Shown here: positions 49,186-59,183 of the stretch, piece after piece
How positions within the stretch are numbered: the stretch's first letter is position 1
How the letters are laid out: every line of letters starts with the position of its first letter
NCBI GenBank assembly: GCA_036398595.1
Contig: DASWOV010000039.1
Coordinates: forward strand, 3,166-67,165
Length of the DNA: 64,000 nucleotides
DNA from: Granulicella sp.
GTDB taxonomy: Bacteria > Acidobacteriota > Terriglobia > Terriglobales > Acidobacteriaceae
Direction of reading: 5' to 3'
Made by a program: the position numbers and the translations under genes
Notes under the pieces: generated by a model
The model's database searches: none
Told to the model about the DNA's origin: nothing
Seen by the model: the letters and a program-made list of their open reading frames with translations, nothing else

Positions 49186-50427
49186 GTGAGCGCTCTCTCA
49201 TCCCACTCGACCGGGATCTCCTCGAACCACCTGAGTGAGGAGACGCCCGTCAGCGCTTCCGTGGCCTCGCGTTTCGATACGATCGACCTTCTGCGCGGAC
49301 TCTCCATTCTGGGCGTCATGCTTCTGCACGTACGCAACTGGCTCTCCACCGGCAAGGTCGAGCCTGGCGGGAGCCTTCCACCATGGCTGCGCTACGACCT
49401 TTTCAATCAGGGAGGCAATGGCGTCTCCGCCTTCTTTGCCATCTCCGGCTTCCTCATCACCTTCATCTCGATCCGCCGCTTCGGAGCGCTGGAGACGCTC
49501 CGGGTCAGCACCTTCTATCGCATCCGGTTCGCACGCATCGCTCCTCTGCTGCTCCTGTTGCTCCTGATCCTCGGCGTCCTACACTGGACCGGCTCTCCGG
49601 CATTCCATATCAAGCCGGAACAAGGCTCGCTCGCAGGCGCCCTCTTCGCCGCACTTACCTTCCAGCTGAACTGGTATGAAGCCGTGCATGGCTTTCTGCC
49701 TCCGGCATGGACGGTGCTCTGGTCGCTCTCGGTCGAAGAGATGTTCTACCTCTTCTTTCCTGTGGTTTGCGTTGCGCTCCTGCGGCAACGCTGGTCCCGC
49801 CCGCTGTTCTTCCTCGTGCTTGGCGGTCTGATCGTCTTCGGTCCCTTTGCCCGTACACCGTGGTACAGCCCTAACGATCTCTGGCTTTATCAGTCGTATC
49901 TCGGCAATCTGGATAACATCGCGCTCGGATGCCTCTTCGGCCTGTTGACGGCGCATCTGGACCGTCAGGGCCTCTTTGTCCGCGCTCGATGGCCGCTCCT
50001 CTGCCAGATTCTGGGAGCCGCGCTCATCCTCTTCATCGTCAACTGGATCTGGCCGAAGACGTTTCTGGGATGGCCCATGAAACGCGCTCTTGGCCGCTCC
50101 GGAACGGACGTGACAATCCTCGGCCTCGGAGTCTGCCTCATCATGCTGGGCAGCGTTCTGCGCCGCAAACGCGGCTCACGCTGGACTGCGCCGCTGCGCT
50201 GGCTCGGACGCTACAGCTACGAGATTTACCTGTCGCACGTGTTCGTAGTCATCGCCGTGATCTCGCTGTTTCTTACAGTGCGCCGAGGCCCGCTCATCGC
50301 ATGGGTCATGGCGAGCGTACTTCTCAGCGCCGCGCTCGGCTGCCTGCTCTCACGCTTCTTCTCCGAGCCCGCGAACCGGCTTCTGCGCGGAGCTCCTGTG
50401 CCTGCACAGCTTCCGGAAAATCGCTGA
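49186..50427 (+). CDS. Acyltransferase-3 (OafA/YrhL-like) membrane O-acyltransferase
   Basis: IDLLRG, GVSAFFAISGFLI, WSLSVEEMFY and SYEIYLSH motifs. Confidence 0.92.
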   Translation: MSALSSHSTGISSNHLSEETPVSASVASRFDTIDLLRGLSILGVMLLHVRNWLSTGKVEPGGSLPPWLRYDLFNQGGNGVSAFFAISGFLITFISIRRFGALETLRVSTFYRIRFARIAPLLLLLLLILGVLHWTGSPAFHIKPEQGSLAGALFAALTFQLNWYEAVHGFLPPAWTVLWSLSVEEMFYLFFPVVCVALLRQRWSRPLFFLVLGGLIVFGPFARTPWYSPNDLWLYQSYLGNLDNIALGCLFGLLTAHLDRQGLFVRARWPLLCQILGAALILFIVNWIWPKTFLGWPMKRALGRSGTDVTILGLGVCLIMLGSVLRRKRGSRWTAPLRWLGRYSYEIYLSHVFVVIAVISLFLTVRRGPLIAWVMASVLLSAALGCLLSRFFSEPANRLLRGAPVPAQLPENR

Positions 50428-50550
50428 TTCGCGCTCACCGGCGTCCTCAAAATAACCGTAAAGCCAGCCGCGCCGGTGGTATCGTTCTCCTGATCCACAC
50501 CCACGGAGGTCGCTCATGGTAACGTCTCCGGGCCCTCTGGCTTCCGCATC

Positions 50551-50934
50551 GTGCTGGCCTTGCTGTTGATGGTGGCCGTGCCTGCGGCTCTAACGCTGCG
50601 CTCCGTCCGCGTTCCGCCGGTCGTGGACCCTGCCGTGGCCAACCCCTCGCCCTTCGGCTACACGCTGAGTCTGCTGCTGTTTATCGTGCCCATCGTGGTG
50701 ATCGCTCTATGGTTTCTGCCGCAGGAGAACGTCCACGTCTCCCGCCGCTCCTTCCTCTGGACCATCGGCCTGCTCTTTCCGCTCGGCGCGTTGATGGACT
50801 TCTTCTTTGCCGACATCTTCTTCACCTTCAGCAACGCCACCGTCATCATCTACGAGACGGTGCGCTCGTGGAAGACCTTCGGCCGCTCGGCCCGCCGGGC
50901 CTTCCTTGGGGATCGGCAGAGACGCGAGCCCTAA
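50551..50934 (+). CDS. Small membrane protein, possibly truncated
   Basis: Three hydrophobic segments; no good start/SD and the frame is open upstream through an ACG at about 50503. Confidence 0.4.
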   Translation: MLALLLMVAVPAALTLRSVRVPPVVDPAVANPSPFGYTLSLLLFIVPIVVIALWFLPQENVHVSRRSFLWTIGLLFPLGALMDFFFADIFFTFSNATVIIYETVRSWKTFGRSARRAFLGDRQRREP

Positions 50935-51005
50935 CTTTCATATTGCAGACGAACCCGTTTCCCCTATACTGGCGCCACAAAATAAACACTGAGGACTCCG
51001 CACGT

Positions 51006-51419
51006 ATGAGCACCCCGACCTCTCCTCTGCCGAAGACACCCTGCACCTTCCTCGAAGCCGTCGCCCGCGAAGAGGGCTTCTACATCGCCAAGACCCGCCC
51101 GCAGCGCAACAACAACCCCGGTGACATCGAGTGGGGCAAGTTCACGCAGGCCCACGGAGCCACCGCCGGCGATCCGCGCTTCGCCATCTTCTCCACGCCC
51201 GAGGCCGGATTCGCCTGCATGAAGGCGCTCTTCCAGTCGAGCGGCTACAAGGGGCTGACCATCGCCCAGGCGCTCAACCGCTGGGCTCCGCCGGTCGAAA
51301 ACCAGACGAACCTGTACATCGTGAACGTCTGCAAGTGGACCGGCCTGACCCCGGATACCGTCATCGATGGCATCCTCGACGGCTCCCCGGCACCGGTGGC
51401 ACCCGAACCTGTCTCCTAG
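51006..51419 (+). CDS. Lysozyme-like phage virion-protein family member
   Basis: EGF..RNNNPGDI..FAIFSTPEAG..TIAQALNRWAPPVENQT..Y pattern seen in phage lytic/virion proteins. Confidence 0.65.
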   Translation: MSTPTSPLPKTPCTFLEAVAREEGFYIAKTRPQRNNNPGDIEWGKFTQAHGATAGDPRFAIFSTPEAGFACMKALFQSSGYKGLTIAQALNRWAPPVENQTNLYIVNVCKWTGLTPDTVIDGILDGSPAPVAPEPVS

Positions 51420-51472
51420 GCCCGCAGCCGGAAAATCCGGCGGCTGCGAACGATCTGCGCGATACTATCCCC

Positions 51473-52000
51473 ATGGCAACCGCCACGTTCATCCCGGTTG
51501 AGGAGTACCTGAAGGCCACCTACCGGCCCGACCGCGACTATATCGACGGCGAGCTTCAGGAGAGAAACGTGGGCGAGCAGCCGCACGCGCATCTCCAGGC
51601 GATCCTTGCAGGTATCTTCCGCTAGCATCGCAAGGAGTGGCACGTCCGCGCACTCACCGAGCAGCGCATCCAGACCTCGGCGCAGCACTATCGCATCGCG
51701 GACGTCTGTGTGCTTCGCAGCACCGACCCGAAAGACCCCATCGTAGTTACGCCGCCGCTGCTCTGCATCGAGATTCTTTCAAAGGGCGACTCGATGAGCG
51801 ATCTGCAGGAGCGCGTCGATGATTATCAGGCTATGGGCATCGAGCATATCTGGGTCATCGATCCGTGGAAGCGTCACGGTTATCTCGCGTCCACACGCGG
51901 CTTCGAGCAGCCTGCCGAAGGTATGCTCTCGATTTCCGGCATGCCTATCCGTATTGCTCTGGCGGATGTCTTCGCCGAACTCGACGAAATACTGAACTAG
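51473..52000 (+). pseudogene. Uma2-family endonuclease interrupted by an in-frame amber stop
   Basis: PDRDYIDGEL..H, then TAG at 51623-51625; the same frame continues ADV..PLLCIEILS..IWVIDP to the stop at 52000. Confidence 0.85.
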
Positions 52001-52261
52001 GTGATTGCCATGCTGCGATTCAGCGACTCGACCGAGATCGCAAAGGTGACACCGCTTCTCGACGATTTCTTGAAGAACGTTGTGTATGACGAAGAACCAC
52101 TCTTCATCAGCGATGAAGCAACCGTTTGGGATATCTTTTCGGGAGCCGAAGAGGATCTCCAACAAAGACTCACAAGCTACTATGGCAGGCCATTTACCCG
52201 AGATGAGTTGAAACAGCCGCTTTGGACGCTTCTGCGTCAGCTTTATCCTGAACAATCCTGA
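52001..52261 (+). CDS. Hypothetical protein
   Basis: 86-aa ORF (start 52001 or 52010) of lower GC containing FISDEATVWD. Confidence 0.5.
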   Translation: MIAMLRFSDSTEIAKVTPLLDDFLKNVVYDEEPLFISDEATVWDIFSGAEEDLQQRLTSYYGRPFTRDELKQPLWTLLRQLYPEQS

Positions 52262-52267
52262 CCGACT

Positions 52268-53257
52268 CTACCCCAGCACCTTCGCCGCATCCTTGGCAAA
52301 GTACGTCACGATAAACTCCGCGCCAGCCCGCCGGAAGCTGATGAGTGATTCCATCATCGTCCGCTCCGGCTCGAGCCAGCCGCGCTGAAACGCCGCATGC
52401 AGCATCGAGTACTCGCCCGACACCTGGTACGCGCCCATCGGCAGCTCGAACCGCTCCCGCGCCTCGCGCAGCACATCCAGATACGGCATGCCCGGCTTCA
52501 TCAGCAGAAGGTCCGCACCCTCGGCCACATCCAGCTCGATCTCGCGCATCGCCTCGCGCAGGTTCGCGCCGTCCATCTGGTAGCTGCGCCGGTCGCCGAA
52601 CTGCGGCGCGGAGTCCGCCGCCTCGCGGAACGGCCCGTAGAACGCGCTCGCAAACTTCGCCGCATAGCTCATGATCGGCGTGTTCTCGTTGCCATCCGCA
52701 TCGAGCGCCTCGCGGATCGCCGCAATGCGGCCGTCCATCATGTCGCTCGGAGCCACGATGTCCGCGCCCGCCGCAGCCACCGAGGCCGCCGTCTTCGCAA
52801 TCAGCTTCACCGAGGAGTCGTTCTCGATCGCATAGTGGTCGCCGTCCCGCGCCACGATGCCGCAGTGTCCGTGCGAGGTGTACTCGCACAGGCAAACATC
52901 CGCAATCATCACCAGCGAGTCGAGCGACCGCTCGCGCTTGATCGCCCGCAGCGCCTGCTGCACGATGCCGTCCTCGGCATACGCGCCCGAGCCGATCTCA
53001 TCCTTCGTCTCCGGCAGGCCGAACAGCAGCAGCCCGCCGACGCCAAGCTGCGCGCACGCTTCGGCCTCCTTCACCGCCTCGTCGATGGAGAGGTTGAAGA
53101 CGCCCGGCATCGAGCTGATCTCTTTACGAACGCCCTCGCCGGGGCAGATAAACAGCGGATAGATGAGCGCACCGGGATGCAGCCGCGTCTCCCGAACCAA
53201 CGAGCGAAGCGCCTCCGTGCGGCGCAGCCTGCGCATGCGTGTCTGCGGAAAGTTCAT
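52268..53257 (-). CDS. hemB: Porphobilinogen synthase
   Basis: [37 protein letters not shown] and YQVSGEY motifs. Confidence 0.99.
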   Translation of the reverse strand: MNFPQTRMRRLRRTEALRSLVRETRLHPGALIYPLFICPGEGVRKEISSMPGVFNLSIDEAVKEAEACAQLGVGGLLLFGLPETKDEIGSGAYAEDGIVQQALRAIKRERSLDSLVMIADVCLCEYTSHGHCGIVARDGDHYAIENDSSVKLIAKTAASVAAAGADIVAPSDMMDGRIAAIREALDADGNENTPIMSYAAKFASAFYGPFREAADSAPQFGDRRSYQMDGANLREAMREIELDVAEGADLLLMKPGMPYLDVLREARERFELPMGAYQVSGEYSMLHAAFQRGWLEPERTMMESLISFRRAGAEFIVTYFAKDAAKVLG

Positions 53258-53290
53258 AGATCCAGTTTATGCCTTCAACGGAGGCTTCAC

Positions 53291-53322
53291 CGCGACCCGC
53301 TACCATCGCGACCCGCTACCAT
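53291..53322. repeat. 16-bp tandem duplication in the hemB/mutS2 divergent promoter
   Basis: CGCGACCCGCTACCAT twice (53291-53306, 53307-53322). Confidence 0.85.
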
Positions 53323-53329
53323 AGAGACT

Positions 53330-55882
53330 GTGCCTGCACCGTCGCTCGAACCCGCCGTCCCCGCACCCCTGACCGAGACTGCCGCCACCTCGCTCGAGTG
53401 GCCGCGCCTGCGCGAACACCTCGCCGGACGCACCGTCTCGCCGCTGGGCCGCGCCTGGGTGCTGGCGCTTGAACCCTCCGCCGATCTCGCATGGATCAAC
53501 GAGCAACACCGGCGTACCGCCGAGCTGCGTGCCTTCCTCGAGTCCGGCGGCAGCTTCACCTTCCACGGCCTCTTCGACCCCACTGCGCTGCTCCATCAGG
53601 CACGCATCGAAGGTGCGGCGCTCGAAGCCCTCGACATTCTCGCGCTGGCTACGCTCGCCGAGCGCGTCGCCGCATGGCGCAACCTGCTTGAACCCACCGA
53701 CCCCTCTGCACAGCGCTTCGAGGGCGAAGCTCTGCGCGGCCTGTCGGCCTCGCTGCTCGACCACGACCTCGCCCCTCTGCTTCGCCTGCTACGCGGCAAG
53801 ATCGAACCCGACGGCACGCTGGCTGACGACGCCAGCCCCGAGCTTGCCCGCATCCGCCGCGCGCTCGAGCGCCAGCACCGCGCCATCGAGGAGAGCCTGC
53901 GCCGAGCGTCGAACCGCCTGAAGGAAGAGGGCAGCTCTCAAGACAACCTCATCACCCTGCGTAACGACCGCTTCGTCATCCCGGTCAAGGCCGAGTTCAA
54001 GCGCCGCGTGCCCGGCGTCATCCACGGCAGCTCGTCCTCCGGGCAGACGGTCTTCATCGAGCCGCTCGAAACCATCGAGCAGAACAACGAGCTGGTCCGT
54101 CTGCTCGACGACGAACAGGCCGAGGTGCACCGCATCCTCGTCTCCATGACCCGCGCCCTCGGCCAGAACGCCGACACGCTCTCGGTCGGCGCCTCCATCC
54201 TCGCCGAGGTCGAGTCGCACCACGCCCGCGCTCGTTTCGCGCAGGACCTTCGCTGCACAACACCCACCTTCGGCACCACGCTGAACCTCACCACCGCACG
54301 CCATCCATTACTCGAGCTGCGCATGCGCGAAGACGCACGCAAAGAAAAAATCAGCCCCTCCGGGGGCTCTGTCATCCTGAGCGAAGTCGAAGGACCTGCA
54401 TCCCGAACCACCCCTGACGCTAAAGGCCCAGTCCCGCTCACCATCGCCCTCCCCGCAGACACGAAGCAGCTCATCATCAGCGGCCCCAACACCGGCGGCA
54501 AGACCGTCTCGCTCAAGACCCTCGGCCTGCTCGCGCTCATGGCGCAGGCAGGCATCCCCATCCCCGCCGACGAAGCCGCACTGCCTCTCTTCACCGCCAT
54601 CTACGCGGACATCGGCGATGCGCAGTCCATCGAGCGTAACCTCAGCAGCTTCTCCGCGCACGTCGTCAACGTAGACCGCATCTCCCGCGTAGCCGACGCC
54701 GACTCGCTCGTCCTTCTCGACGAGCTAGGCTCCGCCACCGACCCCGAAGAGGGAGCCGCCCTCGCCGTAGCTGTAGCCGAGCACTTCCTGCACAGCCGAG
54801 CATGGTCGATTATCACCACGCACCTCACCTCGCTCAAGGTTTACGCCGCCAATCACACGGGCGTGCTCAACGCCGCCGTCGGCTTCGACCAGCAGACGCT
54901 CGCGCCCACCTACCAGCTACGGCTCGGCGTCCCCGGAGCCTCCGCCGGACTCAACATCGCCGAGCGGCTCGGCATGGACCCGGCCATCGTCGCCGCGGCC
55001 CGCTCACAGCTCTCCACACAAACAGCAGACATCGCCGCCTTCCTCGATCGCCTGCACGACCAGATCACCGCCGCCACTGCCGAGCGCGAAGCATTGGCCG
55101 CCAAGGAAAAAGACCTCGCCCGCGAGCGCGCCCGCCTCGAGATCGAAGGCCGCGCCGAGCAGAAGGCCCGCCTGCGCGAGCTGGAAGAGAAACTCAACGC
55201 CCAGCTAGCCAGCTTCGACGCCGAGCTAAAAGATGTAGTCCGCTCCATCGACGACAAGGCGCTCTCGCAGAAGATCGCCCGCGAATCCGCGCTGCGCATG
55301 TCGCGCGTGCGCCGCGAGCACTCCGAGCAGTTCAAGTCCACCGTCGTCGCGCACAACACCGGCGCGGACAAGACAGACAAGCCACATCAGAAACCCCTCG
55401 CCACAAAGAAAGAATTAAAGCCCGGCGACCTCGTCTACCTGCGCTCGCTCAACCGGCAGGTGCGCGTCGAGCGGCTCATCGACGCCAAATCCATCGAGGT
55501 TTCGGTCGGCTCCATGAAGATGCGCGCCGACCGCTCGGACATCGCCGACGTAACGCCGGTGCAGGCCGTCACGCCGCTCGAAGCCGCACGCAAGCGCGGC
55601 GGCGTCACCATCCAGACCTCCAGCGAGAACGACTACGTACCCTCCGAGATCAACGTCATCGGCCGCACCGCCGATGAGGCCATGATGGAGGTCGAGCGCT
55701 TCCTCGACCGCGCCTTCCTCGCCGGCCTGCCACGCATCCGCGTGGTGCACGGCACCGGCATGGGCATCCTGCGCCGCACGCTGCGCGACCTGCTGCAACG
55801 CCACCCGCACGTCGCCTCCATTGAGGAGCCGCCGCAGAACCTCGGCGGGCAGGGAGCCACCGAGGTCGCCCTGCGCCAATAA
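53330..55882 (+). CDS. mutS2: Endonuclease MutS2
   Basis: SSSGQTVFIEP, GPNTGGKT, SSFSAH, LLDELGSATDP and C-terminal Smr (VHGTGMGILR); GTG start 7 nt after TACCAT. Confidence 0.95.
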   Translation: MPAPSLEPAVPAPLTETAATSLEWPRLREHLAGRTVSPLGRAWVLALEPSADLAWINEQHRRTAELRAFLESGGSFTFHGLFDPTALLHQARIEGAALEALDILALATLAERVAAWRNLLEPTDPSAQRFEGEALRGLSASLLDHDLAPLLRLLRGKIEPDGTLADDASPELARIRRALERQHRAIEESLRRASNRLKEEGSSQDNLITLRNDRFVIPVKAEFKRRVPGVIHGSSSSGQTVFIEPLETIEQNNELVRLLDDEQAEVHRILVSMTRALGQNADTLSVGASILAEVESHHARARFAQDLRCTTPTFGTTLNLTTARHPLLELRMREDARKEKISPSGGSVILSEVEGPASRTTPDAKGPVPLTIALPADTKQLIISGPNTGGKTVSLKTLGLLALMAQAGIPIPADEAALPLFTAIYADIGDAQSIERNLSSFSAHVVNVDRISRVADADSLVLLDELGSATDPEEGAALAVAVAEHFLHSRAWSIITTHLTSLKVYAANHTGVLNAAVGFDQQTLAPTYQLRLGVPGASAGLNIAERLGMDPAIVAAARSQLSTQTADIAAFLDRLHDQITAATAEREALAAKEKDLARERARLEIEGRAEQKARLRELEEKLNAQLASFDAELKDVVRSIDDKALSQKIARESALRMSRVRREHSEQFKSTVVAHNTGADKTDKPHQKPLATKKELKPGDLVYLRSLNRQVRVERLIDAKSIEVSVGSMKMRADRSDIADVTPVQAVTPLEAARKRGGVTIQTSSENDYVPSEINVIGRTADEAMMEVERFLDRAFLAGLPRIRVVHGTGMGILRRTLRDLLQRHPHVASIEEPPQNLGGQGATEVALRQ
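54371..54400 (+). repeat. REP-like palindrome inside the mutS2 reading frame
   Basis: GTCATCCTGAGCGAAGTCGAAGGACCTGCA, encoding VILSEVEGPA; related to the intergenic elements at 3134 and 3249. Confidence 0.65.
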
Positions 55883-56224
55883 TTAGTGGCTCCGCAAGGG
55901 CTCTCGTTTGAGGTGCTCTCTGCCCCATTTGCAGAGGACATCCAACACCGGAACCAGCGTCTGCCCGTATGGCGTCAGCGAGTACCGCACGCACAGGGGC
56001 AAGCCTTGCTGCTGGTGACGCTCGAGAATCCCATCTGCCGTCATGTCCTGCAAATGACGAAGAAGCATCCGCTCTGTGATCTCCGGAATACTCTTTCGTA
56101 GCTCGCTCGTTCGCATTGGCCCGTCCAACAATCGCCAGAGGATCGTGCCTTTCCAACGGCCGTCGATGACGCTCAGCGTCACATCGATCGGGCACGGTGA
56201 GAACTCTTTCTTCGATACGCCCAT
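55883..56224 (-). CDS. HxlR-family transcriptional regulator
   Basis: CPIDVTLSVIDGRWKGTIL and VRYSLTPYG motifs. Confidence 0.92.
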   Translation of the reverse strand: MGVSKKEFSPCPIDVTLSVIDGRWKGTILWRLLDGPMRTSELRKSIPEITERMLLRHLQDMTADGILERHQQQGLPLCVRYSLTPYGQTLVPVLDVLCKWGREHLKREPLRSH

Positions 56225-56319
56225 CGCATCGCCCCCCACTGACAACTTTGTCAGCGCTACTTTTTGCATCAGTGCTCATTCCATGGCGTCTGAACCCCAG
56301 GAGTCAACAGGAGACGTTC

Positions 56320-56751
56320 ATGCACTTGTTCAATATAGCCACCCTCTTCCTCGTAATCACGCTGGTAGGCGTGGAGTTTTCTGTATCTGCCTTCGTCAAT
56401 CCCGCCGCGTGGAAACTCGACCCCGAACCACAGCTGAAGATGCTTGGCCGCTTTGCCTTTGTCCTTGGAAGAGTGATGCCGGTCTGGTACCCAGTCTGCT
56501 CCGTGCTGCTCGCTCTTCAGACCTGGCTTCACTGGTATGCACCGGGCCGCGAGGTCCTGCTCGCAGCCGACGCGATCTGGGTTGTTGCTTCGGTGGCATC
56601 GATCTTTTTGCTGGTTCCACTCAATAGCCGCGTGGCAGAAGGCGCCGGGGATTGGCAGCGACTTCATCAAATCTGGGACAAGAGACATCGCGTGCGCATT
56701 GCCGCTCTCGCCACCGCAGCCGTCCTGCTCACCGACGTGCTGGTGCGCTAG
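56320..56751 (+). CDS. DUF1772 (anthrone oxygenase-like) membrane protein
   Basis: Four TM helices; MPVWY, VPLN and WDKRHRVR; divergent from the HxlR gene. Confidence 0.75.
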   Translation: MHLFNIATLFLVITLVGVEFSVSAFVNPAAWKLDPEPQLKMLGRFAFVLGRVMPVWYPVCSVLLALQTWLHWYAPGREVLLAADAIWVVASVASIFLLVPLNSRVAEGAGDWQRLHQIWDKRHRVRIAALATAAVLLTDVLVR

Positions 56752-56845
56752 TCGGACAGAGGTCAGATTCCAAGGGACCGATTCTCCATCATCGGCTTTT
56801 CGTTGTGCCCGACGCTCCGCTGCGGTACAACAGAAGCATCCACCT

Positions 56846-58009
56846 ATGAAACGCAGGCACTTCCTCCAGCTTCTGGGCGCATCCAGCGCAGCCCTCACCG
56901 TCCGTCCTCTCTACGCGCTCAGTGGCGACCATGTCGTGATCGCCGGAGCGGGCATCATCGGCTCGTCCATTGCCTACCACCTCGTCAAGCGGGGAGCGCA
57001 GGTCACGGTGCTCGAAAGGGAACACCCCGCCGCAGGCACCACCAAGGACTCCTTCGCCTGGCTCAACGCCTCCAGCAAGAGCCCGCGCGCCTACTACGAC
57101 CTGAACCTGATGGGCATGATGGGCTGGCGCAGGCTCGAGCTGGAGATCGGCTCCGACGCGCTGCCCCTGCAGTGGGGCGGCGGCATCCAGTGGTGCGAAA
57201 ACAGCGCCATGAAGATCAACGCCATGAAGAAGCACGTCGCCGAGCGGCAGGCCTGGGGCTACGACTCCGCCATGATCGACCGCGCCGAGTTGGAGAGCCT
57301 GCTGCCGCACGTCACGCCGGGTGAGTTCGGCGCGGGCAACATCGGCCGTCAGGAGGGAACCGTCGATCCCGTCACCGCCGCGCAGGCACTCATCACGAAG
57401 GCCAAGGCGCTCGGCGCGAAGGTTCTCTATCCCTGCGAGATCACCGGGCTCTCCGCCGACAACGGCAGCATCCACTCGATCGAGACGACGCAAGGTCCGA
57501 TGACCTGCGACCACCTCGTGCTCGCCGCGGGCAACGGCACACCGGCGCTCGCGGAAAAGCTCGGCATCAACATCCCATTGGTGAAGTCGCTCGGCATCCT
57601 CGCGCACAGCGCGCCGCAGACGCACACCATCACTCGCGTGGTCATGCCGCCGGGCGCGGACATCAAGCAGAACATGGACGGCCGCATCGTCACCGGCTCC
57701 AACTTCGGCGACACGGGCGACACGCAGCCCACCGACGAGCTGGGCCACCAGCTTCTCGCCAAGGCTGCCAGCTTTCTGCCGGAGGTCAAGACCGCGAAGC
57801 TCGAGCGCATGAGCCTCGGCCATCGCGTGATGCCGAAGGACGGTTTCCCCATCGTGGGCCGCTGCCCCGGCCATCCGGGCGTGTACGTCGCGTCGATGCA
57901 CAGCGGCATGACGCTCTCGCCCATCATCGGCCAGCTCGCCGCGCTTGAGATCCTCGATGGCGTCACGGTCGACCTGCTGCAGACCTTCCGCCCCGAGCGT
58001 TTCGCCTGA
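56846..58009 (+). CDS. Tat-exported FAD-dependent oxidoreductase (DAO/glycine oxidase family)
   Basis: MKRRHFLQ twin-arginine signal, GAGIIG, DGFPIVG and HSGMTLSP. Confidence 0.88.
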   Translation: MKRRHFLQLLGASSAALTVRPLYALSGDHVVIAGAGIIGSSIAYHLVKRGAQVTVLEREHPAAGTTKDSFAWLNASSKSPRAYYDLNLMGMMGWRRLELEIGSDALPLQWGGGIQWCENSAMKINAMKKHVAERQAWGYDSAMIDRAELESLLPHVTPGEFGAGNIGRQEGTVDPVTAAQALITKAKALGAKVLYPCEITGLSADNGSIHSIETTQGPMTCDHLVLAAGNGTPALAEKLGINIPLVKSLGILAHSAPQTHTITRVVMPPGADIKQNMDGRIVTGSNFGDTGDTQPTDELGHQLLAKAASFLPEVKTAKLERMSLGHRVMPKDGFPIVGRCPGHPGVYVASMHSGMTLSPIIGQLAALEILDGVTVDLLQTFRPERFA

Positions 58010-58020
58010 GGCGCGACTGA

Positions 58021-58410
58021 CTAGATCGCGGCAACACCAGCAGCCTGAAGCCGACGAAAGAAGAAGTACGACGCAGCCCACAGAACCCCGGTCCCCGCAG
58101 CCCAGCCCCACGACTGCGGGCCATCGCCCACTGCAAGGTGAGCGATGAGCGCCGAGACGAGCGTAATGGCGAAGCCCGCATAGGCCCACTCTTTAAGCCG
58201 AGCCGGAACCATAGGAACCAGCAACACCACCACGCCCGCAAACTTGGCCCACGAAAGCTCGATGCGGAAGTACGCGGGGAAGCCAAGGTGCGCGAAAGCC
58301 TCGGCCACCTGCGGAAGCCGCAGCTGTGCGTAGGCCGTAAAGCCCATCTGTAACGCAAGCAGCGCCGTCGAGATCCAGAAGCCCGCAACCAGCCCTCTGG
58401 CGGCCTTCAT
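58021..58410 (-). CDS. DoxX-like membrane protein
   Basis: HLGFPAYF and LKEWAYAG motifs. Confidence 0.85.
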   Translation of the reverse strand: MKAARGLVAGFWISTALLALQMGFTAYAQLRLPQVAEAFAHLGFPAYFRIELSWAKFAGVVVLLVPMVPARLKEWAYAGFAITLVSALIAHLAVGDGPQSWGWAAGTGVLWAASYFFFRRLQAAGVAAI

Positions 58411-58832
58411 TGCAGACCGCCAAGCACCTGCTCCAGATTTCCGAGGAACCTCTGCCAGCCGTAGTTCGCACCGCCATAGGCCTGCTGCTGATCGGCACGG
58501 AAGCCGGAATGCTCCATGCGAACATGCGTGCCGCCTTCGGCTGGAGTCAGCGTAAAGAGCACCACGCTCTCCAGTCCCAACGCATTCCAGCTATAGGAAA
58601 GCTGCTTCAGAGGATCGACGACGAGCACCTCGCAGTCGATCACACCGTCCCAGTTCGGCATAGGCTGCGACCGGAAGTGGAATCTCCGCTTGACCGCCGG
58701 CTCGAAGTCATTGTTCATCAGCCATTGCGCGAGCAGTGGGCTTTCGGTCAGCGCGCGCCACAGCTTCTCCGGCGGGTGCGGAAAGACCCGCTCGATCACA
58801 AGCGTGCGGGTGTTCTCTGTCGAGTTGCTCAT
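58407..58832 (-). CDS. SRPBCC/AHSA1 domain protein
   Basis: PPEKLWRALT..QWLM, LSYSW, MEHSGF and GW motifs. Confidence 0.9.
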   Translation of the reverse strand: MSNSTENTRTLVIERVFPHPPEKLWRALTESPLLAQWLMNNDFEPAVKRRFHFRSQPMPNWDGVIDCEVLVVDPLKQLSYSWNALGLESVVLFTLTPAEGGTHVRMEHSGFRADQQQAYGGANYGWQRFLGNLEQVLGGLQ

Positions 58833-59167
58833 CAGTCCATCCTTTCCAGAAGTGCTTCGAGACGGTCGAACCGGTCGCGCCAGAAAGCGCCGTAAAGATG
58901 GAGCCAATTCACCATCGGCGTCAGCGCCTCGGGCTGCGCGCGATAGTGCGTCTCGCGTCCCTCGCGGCGATGTTGCACCAGCTTTGCTCGCTTTAGCACG
59001 GTCAGGTGCTTGGAGACAGCAGGCTGGGAGACGCCCGCATAGCGGGTCAGCGCATGAACGCTCTGCTCGCCCTGCCGGGTCAGCTCCTCGAAGATAGCCC
59101 TGCGTGTCGGATCTGCAAGAGCGCGAAAGACGTGATTGGCACTGACCTTTTTCACACTCGAAACCAT
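58832..59167 (-). CDS. ArsR/SmtB-family regulator
   Basis: VFRALADPTRR, SQPAVSKHLTVL and REGRE motifs. Confidence 0.93.
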   Translation of the reverse strand: MVSSVKKVSANHVFRALADPTRRAIFEELTRQGEQSVHALTRYAGVSQPAVSKHLTVLKRAKLVQHRREGRETHYRAQPEALTPMVNWLHLYGAFWRDRFDRLEALLERMD

Positions 59168-59183
59168 AACCGTACGGTTATGG
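59164..59183. promoter_or_regulatory. Perfect palindrome, probable ArsR autoregulatory operator
   Basis: CCATAACCGTACGGTTATGG (20 bp) overlaps the start region; TTGACC lies on the minus strand at 59192-59187. Confidence 0.75.

Noticed and set aside
52397-53329. Apparent 311-aa N-terminal extension of MutS2
   Set aside because: It is antisense to hemB; MutS2 similarity begins near LEWPRL, after GTG 53330.
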